Origin: Erythrobacter sp.
GTDB taxonomy: Bacteria > Pseudomonadota > Alphaproteobacteria > Sphingomonadales > Sphingomonadaceae
DNA length: 64,000 bases
NCBI GenBank assembly: GCA_046296155.1
Contig: JBKBLW010000006.1
Span: 46,230 to 110,229 of the forward strand
Direction: 5' to 3'
In this document: one piece after another, positions 56,098 to 64,000 of the stretch
Layout of the letters: every line of letters starts with the position of its first letter
How positions within the stretch are numbered: the stretch's first letter is position 1
The notes under the pieces: model-generated
What the model was told of the DNA's origin: nothing
Databases searched by the model: none
The model's input: the letters and a program-made list of their open reading frames with translations, nothing else
Program-made: the position numbers and the translations under genes

Positions 56098-56173
56098 GCG
56101 CCTATCGCTGCCCGCGCTTTGCTGCGTATAATGCGCGCCGCAGCACTCGGGGCGAAAAGGGGCGCAGGGCACC

Positions 56174-57226
56174 ATGAGCGGCATTGGCGACAGCATGGGC
56201 GCGGTGATCGAAGGCGGCCTCATCGCCCGCGCGGTCGAACCATCGCGCGGCGAGGCAAGCGAACACACCCACGCGCCCACCGAATGCCTCAATTGCGGGG
56301 CCATGGTGACGGGGGCCTATTGCGGCGCCTGCGGGCAAAAAGTGCATATCCACCGCAGCCTTGCCGCGATCGGGCACGATATCATGCACGGCGTGCTGCA
56401 TCTCGATGGCAAGCTGTGGAACACCCTGCCGCTGCTCACTTTCAAGCCCGGCAATCTGACGCGCCGTTTCATCGAGGGTGAGCGCGCCAAATTCGTCAGC
56501 CCCATGGCGATGTTCCTGTTCAGCGTCTTTGCGATGTTTGCCGTGTTCCAGATGGTGGGCCTGACCGTGCCGACCGATTTCGGCAAGGGCTTTATTGAAG
56601 GGGGCAGCGCCAACGAAAGTGTCAGCAGCAACATTGCCGAACAGATCACGGATCTGCAGAAGGAACGCGACGAACTGCCCCGCGGCGATGCGCGGCTCGC
56701 CGAGATTGACGCTGAGCTGGCAGCGCTCACCCGCATCAAGAACAAGACCACCGCCGCCGCGAGGGATGACAGCGCCGACTTCACTCTGACCGGGATTGGC
56801 TGGCTGGATGACGGCGTGATTGCCAAGTGGAAGAAGAACCCCGGCCTGATGCTCTACAAATTGCAGGCCAATGGCTATAAGTTCAGCTGGCTGCTGATCC
56901 CGCTCTCGATCCCGTTCGTGTGGCTGATGTTTGCCTGGCGGCGGCAGTTCAAGGCCTATGACCACGCGGTGTTCGTGACCTATTCGCTGGCCTTCATGTC
57001 GCTGTTGTTCATCGCCATGTCGCTGATCAGCCTGATCCCCGGCGGCGCGGGCTGGGCCGCATTGCTGCTGACCATCGGCGCGCCGCTGCATCTCTACAAG
57101 CAGCTGCGCCATGCCTACGGGCTCACGCGGTTTTCGGCCTTGTGGCGGTTTGGTGTGCTGATTGTCTTTTCACAGATCGTGCTGATCCTGTTCCTTCAGG
57201 CGCTGCTGGTGCTCGGCGCGTTCTGA
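56174..57226 (+). CDS. DUF3667-like membrane protein with N-terminal zinc-ribbon
   Basis: CLNCGAMVTGAYCGACGQKV (CxxC..CxxC), followed by a coiled acidic segment and four or five TM helices. Confidence 0.7.
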   Translation: MSGIGDSMGAVIEGGLIARAVEPSRGEASEHTHAPTECLNCGAMVTGAYCGACGQKVHIHRSLAAIGHDIMHGVLHLDGKLWNTLPLLTFKPGNLTRRFIEGERAKFVSPMAMFLFSVFAMFAVFQMVGLTVPTDFGKGFIEGGSANESVSSNIAEQITDLQKERDELPRGDARLAEIDAELAALTRIKNKTTAAARDDSADFTLTGIGWLDDGVIAKWKKNPGLMLYKLQANGYKFSWLLIPLSIPFVWLMFAWRRQFKAYDHAVFVTYSLAFMSLLFIAMSLISLIPGGAGWAALLLTIGAPLHLYKQLRHAYGLTRFSALWRFGVLIVFSQIVLILFLQALLVLGAF

Positions 57227-57237
57227 ACGCAGCTATC

Positions 57238-57275
57238 AAAAAGGGCGCCCGGATCACTTCCGGGCGCCCTTTTTG
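57238..57275. terminator. Bidirectional intrinsic terminator between the DUF3667 gene and ftsH
   Basis: AAAAA-GGGCGCCCGG-atcactt-CCGGGCGCCC-TTTTT. A perfect 10-bp GC stem flanked by an A5 run and a T5 run. Confidence 0.8.
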
Positions 57276-57295
57276 TTCGTTTATGCGTGCAGGCC

Positions 57296-59263
<1,968 letters not shown>

Positions 59264-59375
59264 CGACTGGATTCCTTTCGTCAGCGATAATGTAGGACGG
59301 CCTCTATGAATCGCAAGCTAATGCTTGCCCCTCCTCCAGATACGAAATTGCGCCCAGAGTGATGCACAAATGCGA

Positions 59376-60059
59376 TCAGATTTCGCCGTCTGGCTGCCTT
59401 GCATAGACAGCCAGAAACATCTCGACTGCACCAGCAAGGCGGCGCTGGCTGTCAAGCGCGCTCACATGCACGCCAAAGCGGTGCTCAAGATCGCCCATGC
59501 CCTTGCACAGCGCGACGAATTGCTCAGCGGCGAGATCAGTATCGGGAATGGCCAGTTCGCCTGCGGCGCAGGCATGGGCGAGCCAGGCGCTGAAAGCCTG
59601 CTTCATCCGCCATGGGCCGGCTTTCAGGAAGGCGGCGCCGATTGCCGGTTCGTGTTCGGTCTCGGCGGCAATGCGGCGCTCAAACTGGATCATTTCGGGG
59701 CGGTAGAGAAAAGCCAGCATCGCCTCGCCAATGGCGGTCAGCTTCTCGCGGATTGAGCCCTGCGGCATTTCATCCAGCGAAAAATGGCCGCGCATCTTCT
59801 CGCATTCGCATTCCACCGCAGCGGCAAACAACCCGCGCTTGTCGCCGAACTGGTTGTAGATCGTGACCTTGGACACGCCTGCATCGGCTGCCACCTGTTC
59901 GATTGCAGTGCCGGCAAAGCCGCCCTCGAAAAAGCTGTGCGCGGCGGCTTCGATGATCTTGATCCGCTTGGCCCCATCAGCCGGACGCCCCGCTCGGCGC
60001 GGACGCGATACGCGGGGCGCGGAATTTTTTTCGGCGGCAGATGAACCAGCAATTGACAA
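59376..60059 (-). CDS. TetR/AcrR-family transcriptional regulator
   Basis: IIEAAAHSFFEGGFAGTAIEQVAADAGVSKVTIYNQFGDK is a TetR HTH. TTG start as called by the track; the exact start is uncertain. Confidence 0.85.
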   Translation of the reverse strand: MSIAGSSAAEKNSAPRVSRPRRAGRPADGAKRIKIIEAAAHSFFEGGFAGTAIEQVAADAGVSKVTIYNQFGDKRGLFAAAVECECEKMRGHFSLDEMPQGSIREKLTAIGEAMLAFLYRPEMIQFERRIAAETEHEPAIGAAFLKAGPWRMKQAFSAWLAHACAAGELAIPDTDLAAEQFVALCKGMGDLEHRFGVHVSALDSQRRLAGAVEMFLAVYARQPDGEI

Positions 60060-60093
60060 AATGAACGGCCCCGTTCAGTTAAACGACATCGTT
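60053..60093. promoter_or_regulatory. Candidate promoter (-35 TTGACA) and TetR operators
   Basis: TTGACA at 60053-60058. Palindromes TGAACG-GCCC-CGTTCA (60062-60077) and AACGA-CA-TCGTT (60082-60093) share a CGTTCA half-site. They lie between tetR and the efflux operon. Confidence 0.4.
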
Positions 60094-60175
60094 CAATAAT
60101 GTGCTGATTGATCCACTTCCGCAATCCCCCTGCCGCACTTCGGTTCCGTCTTCTCTTTCAAAAGGCTGTCAGCCC

Positions 60176-61312
60176 ATGCTCTGGATCGCGATCCGCATGC
60201 TCACCGGCGATGCCCAGAAGTTTTACGGGCTGTTGTTCGGCATAGGCTTTTCGACTCTCCTGATTACCCAGCAGCTGACGATCTTCGTCAACCTGATCGA
60301 GCGCGGCGCAAGCGGCGTCTATAACGCACCCGAGGCGCAGATCTGGGTGATGGACCCGGTCAGCCGCACCACCGATGTGAAATATGAAATGCCTGCAACC
60401 GCGCTTGATGAAGTGCGTTCGGTGCCCGGCGTGGAATGGGCGGTGCCGCATCTGCGCGCCACCGCAGCCGTGCGGGCAAGCAATGGCGATCTTGAAGGAG
60501 TGGCGATCATCGGCGTGGATGATGCCAGCCTGATCGGTCTGCCCAAGACCATGCAGGTCGGCGACAAGCGCCTGCTCAACAGCCCCGATGCCGTCCTGAT
60601 TGATGATTACGGCGCGATCAAGATGTTCAAGGGGGAGATCGATCCGGTCGGCCAGCGACTGGAGCTCAACGATCAGCGCGCGATTATCCTCGGCATTGCC
60701 GATGCCATTCCCACCTTTACCAGCACGGTAACTTTGTTCACGAAATACAGCAATGCGCTCAATTTCGTGCCCGGCACGCGCAACCGGCAAAGCTTTGTGC
60801 TGGTGGGCGTGGCACCCGGCGCCGATGCCGACGCGGTGGCCAAGCGCATCACCGCCGAAACCCGCTGGAAAGCGCTCACCCGCGAGCAGTTTGCGCGCGA
60901 AGGCGTGAACTTCATCATCCAGAACACCGGCATCCCGACCAATTTCGGAATCACCGTGGTGCTCGGCTTTGTCGTGGGCGTGGCGATTGTCGGCCTCACC
61001 TTCAGCCTGTTCATCCGCGACAATATCAAGCAGTTCGGCGCGCTCAAGGCGATTGGCGTGACCAATGGCAAGATCATGCGGATGGTCGCGGTGCAAGCCG
61101 GGCTGGTGGGCCTCATCGGCTATGCGCTGGGCGTGCTGGGCACCATCGGCTTTCTCGCCGCCTTCAGCGGCAATCCCTTCTTCAAGGGCTTTTACATTCC
61201 CTGGCAGGTGCCGCTGATCAGCCTTACCTCGGTGATCGTCATTCTGGCCATGACCGGCTGGCTGGCGCTGCGCACGGTGATGAACACCGAACCCGCCTCG
61301 GTTTTCCGGTAA
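60176..61312 (+). CDS. FtsX-like ABC transporter permease (DevC/MacB-type)
   Basis: Start MLWIAIRMLTGDAQKFYGLLFGIGFSTLLI. A large periplasmic loop and a C-terminal FtsX domain (FGALKAIGVTNGKI). Confidence 0.85.
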   Translation: MLWIAIRMLTGDAQKFYGLLFGIGFSTLLITQQLTIFVNLIERGASGVYNAPEAQIWVMDPVSRTTDVKYEMPATALDEVRSVPGVEWAVPHLRATAAVRASNGDLEGVAIIGVDDASLIGLPKTMQVGDKRLLNSPDAVLIDDYGAIKMFKGEIDPVGQRLELNDQRAIILGIADAIPTFTSTVTLFTKYSNALNFVPGTRNRQSFVLVGVAPGADADAVAKRITAETRWKALTREQFAREGVNFIIQNTGIPTNFGITVVLGFVVGVAIVGLTFSLFIRDNIKQFGALKAIGVTNGKIMRMVAVQAGLVGLIGYALGVLGTIGFLAAFSGNPFFKGFYIPWQVPLISLTSVIVILAMTGWLALRTVMNTEPASVFR

Positions 61313-61322
61313 GCCTTGCGCC

Positions 61323-62057
61323 ATGCACGACACTCTCACCAAGGGCCCCGCCAGCCTCCAGACCGCCATTTCCGCGCGCGGCATCACCCGCGATTTCGCG
61401 GCGGGGCAATCGACCATCCGTGTGCTGCACGGCATCGACACCGACATCCGCGCAGGCGAGATGACCTATCTTGTGGGTGAAAGCGGCTCGGGAAAAACCA
61501 CGCTGATCTCGATCATGTGCGGTATCCTGTGGCCGACCGATGGCGAGGTCAAAGTCTTCGGCACCGATATCTACAAGCTCTCGGACAATGATCTCGTCAA
61601 CTTCCGGCTGAACAATATCGGCTTTATCTTCCAGCAATATAACCTCATCCCCTCGATCGATGCTGCCGCCAATGCCGCCGTGCCGCTGATCGCGCAAGGC
61701 ATGCCGGTCGACGAAGCGCGCGAGCGGGCCAAGGTGCTGCTGGAAAAACTCAACATCGGCAATCAGGCGGAAAAGCTGCCGCGCCAGCTTTCGGGCGGCC
61801 AGCAGCAGCGCGTCGCCATCGCCCGCGCGCTGGTGCATGAACCGCGCCTGGTGGTGTGCGATGAGCCAACCGCAGCGCTCGATGCCTCGTCAGGCCGCCG
61901 CGTCATGGATCTCCTTCGCGAAGTCGCCGTCGCGCCCGACCGCGCCTGCATCATCGTCACCCATGATAACCGCATCTTCGATCTCGCCGACCGCATCATC
62001 GTGCTTGAAGACGGCCGCATCACCCACGACGGCACCCAAATGCCAAGCGATCACTGA
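61323..62057 (+). CDS. ABC transporter ATP-binding protein (MacB/DevA-type)
   Basis: GESGSGKTT, LSGGQQQRVAIARAL, and VVCDEPTAALD. Confidence 0.92.
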   Translation: MHDTLTKGPASLQTAISARGITRDFAAGQSTIRVLHGIDTDIRAGEMTYLVGESGSGKTTLISIMCGILWPTDGEVKVFGTDIYKLSDNDLVNFRLNNIGFIFQQYNLIPSIDAAANAAVPLIAQGMPVDEARERAKVLLEKLNIGNQAEKLPRQLSGGQQQRVAIARALVHEPRLVVCDEPTAALDASSGRRVMDLLREVAVAPDRACIIVTHDNRIFDLADRIIVLEDGRITHDGTQMPSDH

Positions 62058-62095
62058 GCCCTTTCGACCTGCAATCCCGATCCCGTGAGGACATC

Positions 62096-63085
62096 ATGCC
62101 CCAACTGCCCCGCAATCTGAGCTTTTCACGCCAGGTGCTTCCCGCCCTTGCCGTGGTGGGCATGGCCTATGCCGCCTTCAACATCGCGGGCAATCTTCCC
62201 GACCGCGCCACCGCCGCGCCCACGGTGCAACCGCCCAAGGCGAGCGGCGAGCTGGCCAATGCGCCGCGAGTGGCGGGGGCGGGCCTCGTCGAACCGGCGA
62301 GCGAGATCATTGATATCGGCGCGGCGCTCTCGGGCCTGGTCATGGAGCTCATGGTCGCTCCGGGCGACCGGGTGGAGAAAGGCCAGCCGCTGTTTCGAGT
62401 CGATGACCGTGCAGCCCGTGCAAGCCTTGCCGAGGCAGTCGCAGCCATCGCCGAAGCCCGCGCCGCGATTGCCGAGGCAGCCGCCGCACAGAAAACCGCC
62501 CGCCAGCAGCTTGATCTCTACCGCCGCCTTGATGATCCCGCCGCTGTCAGCCGCGCCGAAGTGATCCGGGCCGAGGGCGAAGAAGCCGCCGCGACCAGCC
62601 GCATGGGCCTTGCCCGCGCGCGGCTCGCCGCAGCCGAAGCGCGCGCTGCCAGCATCCGCACCGAGCTTGACCGCCTCGTGGTGCGTGCGCCGCTGACGGG
62701 AGAAATCCTCGCCGTCAACATCCGCCCCGGCGAATTCGTCTCCACGCAAGGGGGCGGCAATGCCGCGCCCTTCATCCAGATGGGCGTGACCGATCCCCTG
62801 CACATCCGCATCGACATCGACGAGAGCGAAGCAGCGCGCGTGGCGATCGGCGCAGACGCGACTGTCTCGCCACGCGGTGCAGCCGACGTGCGCGTCAAGG
62901 CGAAGTTCGTGCGCGCCGAACCACTGGTGGTGCCGAAGAAATCGCTCACCAACAGCGCGGCTGAACGCGTCGATGTGCGCGTGCTGCAACTGATCTATGC
63001 CCTGCCCGCAAACGAGGCCTTCCGGGTCGGCCAGCAGGTCGATGCCTTCATCCCGGCACGCGCTGCACCGGCCAAGGGGGCCTGA
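62096..63085 (+). CDS. HlyD/RND-type periplasmic adaptor subunit
   Basis: N-terminal TM anchor, lipoyl-like segment VAPGDRVEKGQPLFRVDD, an Ala-rich coiled coil, and a beta-barrel VRAPLTGEILAVN. Confidence 0.85.
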   Translation: MPQLPRNLSFSRQVLPALAVVGMAYAAFNIAGNLPDRATAAPTVQPPKASGELANAPRVAGAGLVEPASEIIDIGAALSGLVMELMVAPGDRVEKGQPLFRVDDRAARASLAEAVAAIAEARAAIAEAAAAQKTARQQLDLYRRLDDPAAVSRAEVIRAEGEEAAATSRMGLARARLAAAEARAASIRTELDRLVVRAPLTGEILAVNIRPGEFVSTQGGGNAAPFIQMGVTDPLHIRIDIDESEAARVAIGADATVSPRGAADVRVKAKFVRAEPLVVPKKSLTNSAAERVDVRVLQLIYALPANEAFRVGQQVDAFIPARAAPAKGA

Positions 63086-63088
63086 GCC

Positions 63089-64000
63089 ATGCGCCGCTCT
63101 TGCCGGCACCTCGCCGCTGCCACCCTGATCGCCGCCCCGCTGATGCTGGCTGCCTGCATGGGCGGCCCGCCGCCGAAAATCGCAACCCCGGTGCCGGAAC
63201 TGCCGGAAAGCTACTTTGCGCTTCCCGAAGGGGCGGCCAAGGGCGATCTGGCAGCGCTGATGCCGCTCGATGATCCCGCCTATGTGGCGCTGTCGGCGGC
63301 GGCACTTGGCAATGCGCCGACGCTCGCAGAAGCACTCGCCCGCGTCGAGAGTGCGAGGGCTGGTGCGCGCGGCGCGCGGGCAGCGCGGATGCCCAATCTC
63401 GATGCGGAAAGCTTTGCCCGGCGCAACCGCATCAACCCGGCCCAGTTCGGCGAGGCTGGCGAAGCCGGGATCATCCCCAATGAACTCACTTCCTATGGTG
63501 CCAATATCATTGCAAGCTGGGATCCCGATCTGTTCGGGCAACTCAAGGCACAGCAGCGCGCCGCTGCCGCCCGCATTGACGCCGCCAGCGCGCAGGCGCA
63601 GGCGGTGCGGATCGCCCTGCTCGCCGAAATTGCAGGCTCGGTTACCGATTGGCGCGTGCTGGCACAGCAGCGCGCTGCTCTTGCCGCCGATGTGGCGGCC
63701 GCCGAAGCGCTCGCCGGGCTTGCCGGATCGCGCGAGGCATCGGGTATCGCACCCGGCTTTGACCGCGTGCGCGCCGAGGCTGCTGCCAGCGCCTCACGTT
63801 CACGGCTGGCTGCCTTGGCCAGCGAAGAAGCGCGCATCATCGGCCGACTGGTGACGCTGACCGGGCAGGACGCCGCTGCGATTGCTGCCGCGCTCGCCAG
63901 CGGCGAGGGCGGTTCGCTCACAGTCCGGCCAGCACCCGCCGCGCTGCCATCGGATCTCCTCGCCAACCGCCCCGATGTCGCCGCTGCGGCAGCCCAGCTT
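63089..64000 (+). CDS. NodT/TolC-family outer-membrane efflux lipoprotein (3' end beyond the window)
   Basis: Absent from the ORF track because it has no in-window stop. My translation is MRRSCRHLAAATLIAAPLMLAACMGG.. (lipobox LAAC) ..LGNAPTLAEALARVESARAGARGARAARMPNLD..SWDPDLFGQLKAQ..LLANRPDVAAAAAQL, typical of OMF repeats. Confidence 0.8.
   Translation, partial: MRRSCRHLAAATLIAAPLMLAACMGGPPPKIATPVPELPESYFALPEGAAKGDLAALMPLDDPAYVALSAAALGNAPTLAEALARVESARAGARGARAARMPNLDAESFARRNRINPAQFGEAGEAGIIPNELTSYGANIIASWDPDLFGQLKAQQRAAAARIDAASAQAQAVRIALLAEIAGSVTDWRVLAQQRAALAADVAAAEALAGLAGSREASGIAPGFDRVRAEAAASASRSRLAALASEEARIIGRLVTLTGQDAAAIAAALASGEGGSLTVRPAPAALPSDLLANRPDVAAAAAQL

Overview
High-GC (about 65%) chromosomal segment that looks like an alphaproteobacterium. 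Sphingomonadales is my inference from gene content: ctrA, DUF4167, UPF0262, a CC_3452-like small protein, alpha-type L36, and lptB-rpoN. About 62 protein genes are tightly packed and almost all are conserved housekeeping genes:
- Replication and repair: polA, mutS, dnaB.
- Translation: prfA-prmC, hisS, gluQ, trmB, rpmH-rnpA-yidD-yidC-engB, rpmJ.
- Transcription and cell cycle: rpoN, rpoZ, ctrA.
- Envelope: lnt, lptB, ftsH, galE.
- Metabolism: metK, ppa, maeB, scoA/scoB, hbd, cdd.

I saw no rRNA, tRNA, CRISPR array, transposase, integrase, prophage or recognisable defence island. I cannot point to a clearly novel multi-gene system. The window reads as core genome, so all findings are modest-interest candidates.

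The items most worth a second look:
1. The 515-bp AT-rich gap upstream of scoA. It holds a good sigma-54 -24/-12 match, an array of GCAAA-N-TTTGC / TGCA palindromes, and an orphan minus-strand intrinsic terminator (a possible sRNA).
2. A stand-alone CDC48/p97-like double-AAA+ ATPase.
3. A sco operon in which a degenerate HAD-like lipoprotein, a DUF2269 membrane protein and a family III CoA-transferase are translationally coupled to scoA/scoB.
4. A secreted DUF305-LVIVD fusion protein, with a nearby Met-rich lipoprotein.
5. A roughly 16-repeat Cys-paired Sel1/Hcp-like protein.
6. A bacterial cytosolic-carboxypeptidase-like M14 enzyme coupled to a lipoprotein.
7. A GH25-like protein whose catalytic acids appear substituted.
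8. Clustered DnaA-box-like motifs.
9. REP/MITE-like palindromic elements.

Many long ORFs in the supplied track are antisense or out-of-frame shadows typical of high-GC DNA and were not called. All calls rest on reading the translations and the sequence by eye; no database search was run.
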